A stretch of 61,513 bases of DNA from a virus (lineage: Duplodnaviria; Caudoviricetes): positions 1 through 61,513 of the IMG/VR virus record IMGVR_UViG_3300002171_000009. One strand, 5' to 3'. The notes under the pieces are model-generated. The model worked only from the letters and a program-made list of their open reading frames with translations, was not told where the DNA came from and did not search any database. Positions 53,262 through 61,225 of this stretch are shown piece after piece (within the stretch, counting starts at the first letter, position 1; every line of letters starts with the position of its first letter). The position numbers and the translations under genes are program-made.

Positions 53262-53578
53262 TTTTTACTTTCTTTTTTTGCTTCTTCTGCTTCCGCCCAA
53301 AAATCATCAGGATCTTGGTAGCGTTCCATCCCAGGGTGGTCGCGCTTTTCCTTTTCTTGCTGTTGTCGCTTCTTTTCTTTTTCGATCTCGCGTTTATTAT
53401 ATTCCGAAAGCGACATTATATCAAAGAAAAAGCAATCCTGCGGAGTAAGCTTGAAGTCTGATGAAAAAATTTTGTAGGTTTCCCTTAAGGCTTTACTCGG
53501 CGTCCATCCGCCTGGGAATGCCTTGCACAGAGCCACCGCCGATTGAGCGAGCGCGGTTTCGGACAGTCTCGGATTCAT
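53258..53578 (-). CDS. tail assembly chaperone, downstream (T-like) frame
   Basis: Overlaps the chaperone 3' end and precedes the TMP. Confidence 0.55.
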   Translation of the reverse strand: MNPRLSETALAQSAVALCKAFPGGWTPSKALRETYKIFSSDFKLTPQDCFFFDIMSLSEYNKREIEKEKKRQQQEKEKRDHPGMERYQDPDDFWAEAEEAKKESKN

Positions 53579-54065
53579 CGAGGAAACCGGGAAAGGCTAC
53601 CTCTTGAATGGTGTTCCAGTCAGCCGGATTGATGAGACTTACGGCAATCTTCTTTTGCTTCAGCAATTCCAATACATTAGAATTATTCTTCATCTTGAGA
53701 TCATCCACGACTTCCCACCCATCCGCGAGTGCCCGGTTGATCCTCTTGATGAAGAACCTCCTCTCTCGATCGGGGTCAATCTTGTCTTGCTGAGTCAGGC
53801 GGGCTTCGCCTCTTCCTGCCTCCATGCTCATGGCCATGCCAGATTCATAGATCGGAATGGCGAGCTTTGCGCCGGAGGGCAATGTGAGAGGATAGGTCTT
53901 CTTAGCGGGCTTGAGGGCTTCTGCAAGCGCCTCAATGTTTTCTGGATCTACATAGAGATCGTTGTCTTTTATTTCTTCCATTTCATTCATCTCCCATATC
54001 AGGGAGCCGGGCCGATGGTTTCTCTCCATCTTATCGTTGGTGAGCAAAGCCAACGGTTCGTACAA
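53493..54065 (-). CDS. tail assembly chaperone (G-like; true start probably ~53990)
   Basis: Between tail tube and TMP. Confidence 0.6.
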   Translation of the reverse strand: MYEPLALLTNDKMERNHRPGSLIWEMNEMEEIKDNDLYVDPENIEALAEALKPAKKTYPLTLPSGAKLAIPIYESGMAMSMEAGRGEARLTQQDKIDPDRERRFFIKRINRALADGWEVVDDLKMKNNSNVLELLKQKKIAVSLINPADWNTIQEVAFPGFLDESETVRNRARSIGGGSVQGIPRRMDAE

Positions 54066-54161
54066 GCCCGGCTTACCTGTGGTTTAGTTAAGGTTTGGTG
54101 ATAATTATGCCTTTAAATCTAAGCACAGAAATTATAAATATAGAGGATTAAAAAGCATCCC

Positions 54162-55796
54162 CTAAGCATATGCACTGGTCCTCTCCGAACGCATGGTCAT
54201 GTACGGCTTCGTTCCCGATGGTCCACTTGTGTGCGTCATCTTGATAGTCCCCTCATAGAAGTCCTCGGTATCCTTGAACTGGAAGGGCTCAAGCGCATTA
54301 GTCAAGCTCGTGAAAGACAGCATCCTTTGCCAGTGGGTAAAGATGTAAAAAGTATCCCCCAGTGCCGCGCCCGTCGTGCTGCTGAATGTAATGGATATTC
54401 CAGTTGTGCCGAGGGCCTGCGCGGACCCTGTCACGGATACACCAGTCGTCGGAGTTGCCCCATTCAGAGACCAGGAGAATTTGTCGGGCGATGCGTTAGT
54501 GTCTATCCAGACCTTGATCATCGCAACATCGGAGCCAGTGTAGCTCCCGCTGACAGTTGCAGTCGCGCCGGTTGCGGCAGCCACAAGCGTCATCTTGGAG
54601 AGCGGGCCCGGCACGCCTGTGCCGTTCTGCCCCGTCTTGCGAGCCACGGACACCAGCAGGTTAGCTTCTGTATCGCCTTCTATGGCGCTCTTGATGTCAT
54701 CGGCGGTCGTGTTGGCATCATCCAATGTGACCTCGATATCGACGGAATCAGCGACATCCACCGATAGAGCGGAACCTGTGAGATAGGTTACGGTTGGGAT
54801 GACCCCCGGAGTCTTTGCAGTGAAGGTCAGATCCTTGTTTGACCCCTCTGCGCTGCTATAGGTGGCTAGGTTAGCAACGGCCACTGTTGCGGTGTTATTG
54901 ATATCTGCAATGACATTCAGGCCCGCGGCGATGGATGACCCGAAGCAATACCATTTGAATGCCACAAGCGCGGCATTATCAGCCTCTTCGGTCGCGGTTG
55001 GAGTGACATTGCCCCCCGCACGGCATCTCATCTGCTCCACGCCATCGGTATCTATGATGTCTAGGTCGATTGTTGTGGCCCTCTTGCCCTTGACCACAAT
55101 CAGCGGAGAGCTGGAACCTGCCGGAATGGGTGCGTTCTTTCCAGCCGGGCCATATTTGGCATTCTCCTTGCTGGTGATGGTAATCTTTTTCCAGGTGGAG
55201 CGCACTGCCGCCAATGGTTCACCGTACATGAGCAACGACTGTCCGGCGCTCATGAGGTTGGGCTTTTCTGTAGCGGGGTCGATATATGAAGCACTGCCAA
55301 ACGTGCTTGAATCTCGAACCTCCGCGCCCATGAGGTCGAACGTGAAATCGACTGAATTCTTCTCTCGATCAATTTCGATCTTCATGCTGTCTACGGACAT
55401 CATGCGAGCAGATTTGGGCTTGAGTGTGTCCCAGACCCAAACGGTCATGGTCTTTATGGTGTCGTTGGCCGTGAATACGTGATCATAGGCCGCGGTACCG
55501 CCGAGTTGCGCAGGCGTATCCGTGCCAAAGGTGCCAAGCAAGAGTTCCCCCAGGCCATTGTCATCCACCAGGGCCATCATGGGAATGCTTACCTTGCTGG
55601 TTTCGCCACCTCGCCTAATCATGGCGGGATCTCTGTTGCCACTGATCTGGATTTCGTCATTCTTCTTTTCATTCTGCAATTTAAATTTTCCGCCAGCTAT
55701 AATATATACAGTGGGAGCGGCGGCCAATACTCCAGCGGTCTCGAATGCTATGCCGAGGCGCGAGGATGTTATGGGCTGTGGGCCCGTGGTTGTCAT
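54162..55796 (-). CDS. major tail tube protein with inserted domains
   Basis: RLGIAFET.G..LGELLLGTFG..YDHVFT; long T/G/A-rich insert. Confidence 0.8.
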   Translation of the reverse strand: MTTTGPQPITSSRLGIAFETAGVLAAAPTVYIIAGGKFKLQNEKKNDEIQISGNRDPAMIRRGGETSKVSIPMMALVDDNGLGELLLGTFGTDTPAQLGGTAAYDHVFTANDTIKTMTVWVWDTLKPKSARMMSVDSMKIEIDREKNSVDFTFDLMGAEVRDSSTFGSASYIDPATEKPNLMSAGQSLLMYGEPLAAVRSTWKKITITSKENAKYGPAGKNAPIPAGSSSPLIVVKGKRATTIDLDIIDTDGVEQMRCRAGGNVTPTATEEADNAALVAFKWYCFGSSIAAGLNVIADINNTATVAVANLATYSSAEGSNKDLTFTAKTPGVIPTVTYLTGSALSVDVADSVDIEVTLDDANTTADDIKSAIEGDTEANLLVSVARKTGQNGTGVPGPLSKMTLVAAATGATATVSGSYTGSDVAMIKVWIDTNASPDKFSWSLNGATPTTGVSVTGSAQALGTTGISITFSSTTGAALGDTFYIFTHWQRMLSFTSLTNALEPFQFKDTEDFYEGTIKMTHTSGPSGTKPYMTMRSERTSAYA

Positions 55797-55806
55797 TTTG
55801 TCACCT

Positions 55807-56259
55807 TCAACTATCTAAATATCGTAATCTGCATGTTCCTGTCATCTCTACCCGATCAGGAAAGGCCGGATCATTGACAGGCGTAAACGAGATTTTTCCT
55901 TTCGTCGATACTGAATATGTTATGCCGCCGATTGTTTTAGAAAGTGGTTTCTTCATCACTCTCATGATTTCGTGGACCAGGGCGGCAATTTTGGTATCAT
56001 TTTCTGCAATCGATGTGATCGAGATCTCTATTAGCATGTCATAGTCCGAGATGCCATGATATGCTACACCTGGCAGGTCTTGAGAATTTAGATTCAGATT
56101 GCGGACACCCACGCAGGTTTTTTCAGTGTCGGACAAATAATCATCGGCCAAAGCTCGCCTAAAGCCACTGATGATTTGGCCGTTGCATTTAGCATTTACC
56201 AGGTCGTCGTCACTCAGGCATTGACAGACTAGGCTTATGTAATCTGAGAAATTCGCCAT
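55807..56259 (-). CDS. tail terminator protein
   Basis: 150 aa directly upstream of the tail tube gene. Confidence 0.6.
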   Translation of the reverse strand: MANFSDYISLVCQCLSDDDLVNAKCNGQIISGFRRALADDYLSDTEKTCVGVRNLNLNSQDLPGVAYHGISDYDMLIEISITSIAENDTKIAALVHEIMRVMKKPLSKTIGGITYSVSTKGKISFTPVNDPAFPDRVEMTGTCRLRYLDS

Positions 56260-56307
56260 TTAGCACCACCGAAACATTCATTGCTAAGAAAACTAATTAC
56301 TCATGAG

Positions 56308-56457
56308 ATGAAAAAAATAAATATCGCCTTAGAGGACGAATCTCATAGAATTCTGTATGACTACAAATTGCGACATAAGCATTCCTCTCTTGATGTGGCT
56401 TTGAATGAATTGCTATTGGAATGGGAGAGGAAGAATCAGCTATTTAGGAAGATTTAG
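56308..56457 (+). CDS. small RHH-like protein
   Basis: MKKINIALEDESHRILYDYKLRHKHSSLDVALNELL (manual translation). Confidence 0.65.
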   Translation: MKKINIALEDESHRILYDYKLRHKHSSLDVALNELLLEWERKNQLFRKI

Positions 56458-57184
56458 ATTTCTTCCAAGTCCTCTGATCAGTGAAGCTATAATCCACCCG
56501 ACACCGGCAATTCACCATTTGCGGGTACATCTCACCATTAGAGAACCTCTCGTCAATGCCCACCGTTTCGCCTGTCATGGCCAGATGATCTTTTCTCGGA
56601 TTCGGACCCTGCGAATGCTGCCAGGTCTTTGTGACCGCTCCAACTTCGCGAGCTTCCAAATCGGCACCGCCATTGATTGCTCGGAACTTCTCCGTACGAA
56701 ATATGGTAGAAACGCGACCGGGAGAACATGGATAATCTTGCGCGAATCTCTGGCGAAAGGTCCGCTCATTGAGGCCAAAATGCCGCTGGATTTGTTTTTC
56801 TAGCCTTTTAAGATCGGTCGCGGTGAGAGTTTTTACAAGCTTCAGACCTTCTTCTTTCAGATATTTTTGTGCCACTGGATTCCAATCAAATTCGGAGAAT
56901 GGAATATTAAGCGACTTGGCGACCTCGCGCGCCCCTTGCTTTAGTTCTATCAGATTCTCCTCAGTAAGCACGATCTTCGCGACCTGCCAATTCTTCTCTA
57001 GGGAAGCGGCCTTGAGCTTGTTATAAAGGGGGGTGCCCCTGCCAAATCCGATCTTACCGGCGATCTCTTCCTTCTTGACTAGCGAGGTATCTAGGCTGAA
57101 ATAGCCCGCTCGATGAAGCAATCCTACCACATCAGGACTCCATTCTTGGAGCAACTTGAGGACTGCTTTCTCTTCCGGAGTCAC
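56444..57184 (-). CDS. MuF/SPP1 gp7-like minor head protein
   Basis: IFRTE..KTW..PRKDH..MTGE....F.NG..YP..NCRC. Confidence 0.85.
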   Translation of the reverse strand: MTPEEKAVLKLLQEWSPDVVGLLHRAGYFSLDTSLVKKEEIAGKIGFGRGTPLYNKLKAASLEKNWQVAKIVLTEENLIELKQGAREVAKSLNIPFSEFDWNPVAQKYLKEEGLKLVKTLTATDLKRLEKQIQRHFGLNERTFRQRFAQDYPCSPGRVSTIFRTEKFRAINGGADLEAREVGAVTKTWQHSQGPNPRKDHLAMTGETVGIDERFSNGEMYPQMVNCRCRVDYSFTDQRTWKKSKSS

Positions 57185-58017
57185 ATTCCCGCCATCATAC
57201 TAAATTCGTCAATAGTTAACCAATATGCACTAAGCAGATTAAAGTAATGATATCTATGATGACCGGTTTTTGCATGACATGAATGACACAACGGTATCAA
57301 AGACCATCTTTTTCCACAGCCCTGTCCTTTGTTATAATCGACATGGTGTATGCGAAGTCGCTCTTCATTTTCTTTCGCGCCACATATATAACAGTGTCTA
57401 TTAAATGCATTCCTAATCTCTTCTTTTAATTTCTTATTAAACTTGGGGCAATAGTCATCAAATGACACCCCGCCTTTCCATGCAGCATTCTTTTCTAATC
57501 TACGTGATAATGACATTTTTTGTTTTGTTTCTTCTGAATGCTTATACCCAAGCGCAGATTTATTGCCTTTATGTGCTAATGACTGTTTAGCCCTAGTTTC
57601 TTCAGATTGGATTATACCAGTAACAGCCAACGCGATTTTTTCTCTAGTACTTTCTGAAACTGGGTGACCAATGAGCGCCAATGAACGTTTTCGTTTGGAT
57701 TCTTCTGTTTGTGACTTTCCGCGTCTGGCGTCGGACATTTTTTTACGAGTTTCATCTGATGCGGTCCTGCCCGTATTGGCCTGAATTATTTTCCGCCTCG
57801 TTTCATCTGACCAGTGCGTTCCATATCGAGGATTGCTCTCGCCCGCCATATTGGCATGATTATCGGATATTCTTTTCTTCGTTTCTTCCGAGCGCGTAAT
57901 GCCAGTTAACGCATTCGCGATATTTCGCTTATGCTCTTCAGAAAATGCTTTCCCTTTATGCGAATTTGACATTTTCGCTTTGGTTTCTGCCGATAAACAA
58001 GTGCCTTTTTTAACCAT
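57181..58017 (-). CDS. NUMOD3-HNH homing endonuclease
   Basis: About eight SEETKxKMS repeats, WKGG, CYICG..IHHVDYNK..LCHSCH. Confidence 0.9.
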   Translation of the reverse strand: MVKKGTCLSAETKAKMSNSHKGKAFSEEHKRNIANALTGITRSEETKKRISDNHANMAGESNPRYGTHWSDETRRKIIQANTGRTASDETRKKMSDARRGKSQTEESKRKRSLALIGHPVSESTREKIALAVTGIIQSEETRAKQSLAHKGNKSALGYKHSEETKQKMSLSRRLEKNAAWKGGVSFDDYCPKFNKKLKEEIRNAFNRHCYICGAKENEERLRIHHVDYNKGQGCGKRWSLIPLCHSCHAKTGHHRYHYFNLLSAYWLTIDEFSMMAGM

Positions 58018-58150
58018 TTAAATGCATCTCCTATCATGCTTTCCTAGTAGTTTCTTAAGCTGGCAGGCAGTCTAGGAAAACTGCTCTTCGGGAATGACCC
58101 TAGCCAGCAATATGCAATAGGAGATGCTTGCTTATATAAGTATCGTGTCG
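58018..58150 (-). promoter_or_regulatory. TATA promoter plus structured 5' leader RNA of HNH gene (copy 2)
   Basis: ACACGATACTTATATAAG, then stems GCATCTCCTAT/ATAGGAGATGC, GCTGGC/GCCAGC and GCAGT/ACTGC; loop TTTCCTAG complementary to downstream CTAGGAAA. Confidence 0.78.
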
Positions 58151-58161
58151 CTTGCAATCGA

Positions 58162-58581
58162 TTAGAACCCAGACATAGACGCAAATTCGTCTATATTGCT
58201 TGAAGAAATGTTCTGAGTAACTGAACGACCTCCGAGACCTTCAGTTATAACGTTTTGATAAATATCAGTTAATTGAGGTTGGCATTTGTGCCAGCCTATA
58301 CTTATAGGATGGTCTAACGCCTCTCTAATAAAGTAATATCTTTCTGCCCCGTTGCTTCCCACGACAAGCAACACCTTCGCATCACTTATCCTTTCTACAT
58401 GATAATTGATGCTCTTCTGCCAATGTGAGGTGACTATATGAGGGGGGACCTCGGCTTGCATGGCCTGCTTCGCGACGATGCCCATTTGCTTCGCAGCGGT
58501 CATTTGGGCGGCCTTGACTTTCTCCATATGATGAGCCATGCCTGAGAGAACTTCGCTGAGATTAGTGCATGTGATTGGCAT
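58162..58581 (-). CDS. neck/tail-completion protein (HK97 gp10-like)
   Basis: VPPHIVTSHWQKSI..VVGSN..Y pattern. Confidence 0.55.
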   Translation of the reverse strand: MPITCTNLSEVLSGMAHHMEKVKAAQMTAAKQMGIVAKQAMQAEVPPHIVTSHWQKSINYHVERISDAKVLLVVGSNGAERYYFIREALDHPISIGWHKCQPQLTDIYQNVITEGLGGRSVTQNISSSNIDEFASMSGF

Positions 58582-58657
58582 GGCTCATCACCTGGGGGCC
58601 AAACTTCTGCAAGATGGTGTGGATCTGGCGTTCTGGTAGAGACATGGGGAGGACCTG

Positions 58658-58719
58658 GCGAAAAGTATAAATAGTAATATAGCCACTATAGGTATTGGAG
58701 ATGTACTACAATGCCAACC
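58658..58719 (+). promoter_or_regulatory. repeated promoter/SD/start unit, copy 1
   Basis: 54/62 identical to 60309..60370; BRE-TATA, TATAG-N3-CTATA, ATGCCAACC. Confidence 0.8.
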
Positions 58720-59037
58720 AATGAAGTAATCGATATGATAATGTCTGGAAAGAGATCTGAGAAAGTCGTTGCTGAGGAAGTCGATGATTATCCCGAAAAG
58801 CTTCAGAGGGCAGCAGTTAGCCGCGACGTGCCTGAATGGGTTCGCCGGGCAGCCAATAGGATAATCGAGATCGCCATGAGAAAGAATATCCCAGTTGATC
58901 GCGTGAGCTTTGAGGATGCCGGATTAGGCATCCATGACAATATCGTAGAGGCCGCTATTATCGGCTGTGAATCCGAGCGATTCTACAAGATCGTCTGCAA
59001 CTTCGAAGAAGCGATCAAGAATATGGGGGGGTTTTAA
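58711..59037 (+). CDS. variable small protein of cassette 1
   Basis: MPTNEVIDMIMSG...; TAATG coupling to the next gene. Confidence 0.7.
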   Translation: MPTNEVIDMIMSGKRSEKVVAEEVDDYPEKLQRAAVSRDVPEWVRRAANRIIEIAMRKNIPVDRVSFEDAGLGIHDNIVEAAIIGCESERFYKIVCNFEEAIKNMGGF

Positions 59038-59273
59038 TGCCCGCCCCGTGCAAATACTGGAAGGATCAAGCCGATCAGTTTCATGGAGATTGCCAGCACC
59101 CGGAAGTGAATCCGGGCACTCCATGCATCTTAAATACCGAGGATCATTGCGTCCTCCGGGAGGAGTTCACGACCACGATTCAAGTTTCCTATCGCAATCG
59201 TGATAGGTTGCGGGGTGTGGCCTCGTCCATGAATCTGGCGGTTGAGAAGCTGCTGGACGATGCGGGATATTAG
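59037..59273 (+). CDS. Cys4 plus RHH-like protein, copy 1
   Basis: CKYW..C.HP..C......C, then TTIQVSYRNRDRL..SMNLAVEKLLD. Confidence 0.75.
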   Translation: MPAPCKYWKDQADQFHGDCQHPEVNPGTPCILNTEDHCVLREEFTTTIQVSYRNRDRLRGVASSMNLAVEKLLDDAGY

Positions 59274-59530
59274 CGCATCGCCCCCAGATCATAGTATATT
59301 TTTTCGGATTCTGGCATGAGCGCATTCATTTTTCTTTGAGCTTCTGCAATCTTCGGTCTAAGCGCCGCCTCTTTTGCTGCCTGTTCTGGTGTTCGTCGGA
59401 AATCGCGATTGCCAGCTGTTATGGCTTCGTATTCTTGGAGCAGTCGTCCATGTTCGCTTTTGGCTGTTTCGTACGCATTTCCGCCCCCAGATCGCCCGGA
59501 CCTACCACCACCACCTGAACCTTTACTCAT
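59270..59530 (-). CDS. MSKGSGGGGR-leader protein 1
   Basis: Starts 2 nt after the DUF4417-like stop; helical body. Confidence 0.75.
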   Translation of the reverse strand: MSKGSGGGGRSGRSGGGNAYETAKSEHGRLLQEYEAITAGNRDFRRTPEQAAKEAALRPKIAEAQRKMNALMPESEKIYYDLGAMR

Positions 59531-59531
59531 C

Positions 59532-60287
59532 TTAACACCAATCCAACAAATTTGCTACTTTCGGCTGCTCAATGATCATCTTCTTCCCAAGCCGTCCATT
59601 GCTCACAGACTTGGGCATCTTAGGTTGCCTCTGCTTGGTTCCACCAATATTCCGCAAATATGCTTGCTGATGAGCCGGAGTCCACAGCCACCCACGGGCC
59701 TGGCATTTGGCCTGGGTGTCATGCTCTCCCCCGTAACACCAGAAAAGTATTTCATCTGTTCCAGCATGGTCACAGGCGATGGCGAATTGATCCTCAAGTT
59801 CCTTGAAAGAATAATCGCGAGTGTATATAAATGTCGAATATGCTCGCCAGCCTTTGGGAACTCCAAGGAGGGCGATATCATAGAGATTGTCATTGACTGC
59901 CAGATCCACCCATATCTCTATGCCATAGCTTTGAGCCCACCGGGAAATCCATCTTTTGGCATAAATGTAGCTTTTCGCGATAACCAAGGGCATATCGCCA
60001 TTGGTGCTGAAGTTGGGTTCCGCGATGGCCCGACATCCCGAATTTATTATGGGGCTTGGATCATTCCAGAGGGAATTGAAGCGGTAATCATCGGTATAAA
60101 AATGATAGGTACTGCCTTCAACGCGGGCCTTTCTAGCGATTGCGCCCCATCGATTGACGGGCAGCTCCAGGCCGCGAGGTTGCAATGATGGGAGGAGATC
60201 TGGTATTCCTTCGGCGTTACTACTTGGGAATATCCAGTCACCGATATCCTTTTTACCGATAATTTGGGGGAAGAGTTCGCCGGGCAT
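59532..60287 (-). CDS. DUF4417-like protein
   Basis: HFYTDDYRFNSLW..EPNFST..DMP..IYAKRWISRWAQSYG; ATG after a GGTGAT SD. Confidence 0.7.
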   Translation of the reverse strand: MPGELFPQIIGKKDIGDWIFPSSNAEGIPDLLPSLQPRGLELPVNRWGAIARKARVEGSTYHFYTDDYRFNSLWNDPSPIINSGCRAIAEPNFSTNGDMPLVIAKSYIYAKRWISRWAQSYGIEIWVDLAVNDNLYDIALLGVPKGWRAYSTFIYTRDYSFKELEDQFAIACDHAGTDEILFWCYGGEHDTQAKCQARGWLWTPAHQQAYLRNIGGTKQRQPKMPKSVSNGRLGKKMIIEQPKVANLLDWC

Positions 60288-60308
60288 GAGAGGATCACCG
60301 TAAAGCAA

Positions 60309-60370
60309 GCGAAAGTTATTTATAGTATTATAGCTACTATAGGTATTGGATGTGTACTACAATGCCAACC
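60309..60370 (+). promoter_or_regulatory. repeated promoter/SD/start unit, copy 2
   Basis: See 58658..58719. Confidence 0.8.
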
Positions 60371-60511
60371 GCTGAATTCTGCAAGAAACTCCTGAACGGA
60401 GAAGTGAAATCTCATGCGCCGAAGATCTCGGAAATGAGCGAGATGGAGAAGAAAGTCAACTTCGCCAGAACCAGGCGCGAAGAAACCGCAAACAGCTTCG
60501 GGGAGGAGTGA
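60362..60511 (+). CDS. variable 49-aa protein of cassette 2
   Basis: MPTAEFCKKLLNG... (manual translation). Confidence 0.6.
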   Translation: MPTAEFCKKLLNGEVKSHAPKISEMSEMEKKVNFARTRREETANSFGEE

Positions 60512-60516
60512 TTTCA

Positions 60517-60642
60517 ATGGTTACTGCCGAAATGAAGAAAAATCTGATGAGCAAAGAATGGCGAGATGCCCACATGAAGCCAAAGGAAAACTCAAATCCT
60601 GATTGGATTGAATCTGAGGAAGTTCGCGAGGAGGGCACTTAA
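60517..60642 (+). CDS. variable 41-aa protein of cassette 2
   Basis: MVTAEMKKNLMSK...; GGAG/GTGA SD; TAATG coupling. Confidence 0.6.
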   Translation: MVTAEMKKNLMSKEWRDAHMKPKENSNPDWIESEEVREEGT

Positions 60643-60884
60643 TGCCCGCCCCCTGTAAATATTGGAAAGATCAGGCAGATCAATTTCATGGAGATTGCAA
60701 CCACCCGGAAGTGAATCCGGGTACTCCATGCATCCTGAATACAGAGGATCACTGTATACTCCGAGAGGAGTTCATGACAACGATCCAAGTATCTTACCGC
60801 AATCGGGATAGGCTGCGAGCCGTGGCTTCTTCTATGAATCTGGCAGTGGAAAAGCTGCTAGATTTATTTGATGCCAGCCAATGA
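60642..60884 (+). CDS. Cys4 plus RHH-like protein, copy 2
   Basis: Four substitutions over the first 74 aa relative to copy 1, with many synonymous changes. Confidence 0.75.
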   Translation: MPAPCKYWKDQADQFHGDCNHPEVNPGTPCILNTEDHCILREEFMTTIQVSYRNRDRLRAVASSMNLAVEKLLDLFDASQ

Positions 60885-61208
60885 CTCCCAATGCGTCATT
60901 CCTTTTTTGAAGTCGTTGTAGCTATATCGTTTTCCATAGCTTCCTTGGACAGATACCCCATTCTCTTCTATCATTGCCGTTCCCATCGCGTGAGTTAGTT
61001 TTATTGTACCGCCGCGCAATTGTTCAACGGATACGGCCACACCTTTACGTCCATCGCCATACTCGGACCTAATAGCAGCGGTCATCTGCGAATCTCCCGG
61101 AAGAGGTTGCGATCCAGCCAACGGGCGATCTGATCCGGGCCCATATTTTGGATTTCCGCCGCCTCCGCCTCTTCCCGCTCTCCCGCCCCCTCCGCTTCCT
61201 TTCGACAT
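60864..61208 (-). CDS. MSKGSGGGGR-leader protein 2
   Basis: Same leader, unrelated body; GAGGTTGA SD. Confidence 0.75.
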   Translation of the reverse strand: MSKGSGGGGRAGRGGGGGNPKYGPGSDRPLAGSQPLPGDSQMTAAIRSEYGDGRKGVAVSVEQLRGGTIKLTHAMGTAMIEENGVSVQGSYGKRYSYNDFKKGMTHWESLAGIK

Positions 61209-61225
61209 ATATCAACCTCATATCC

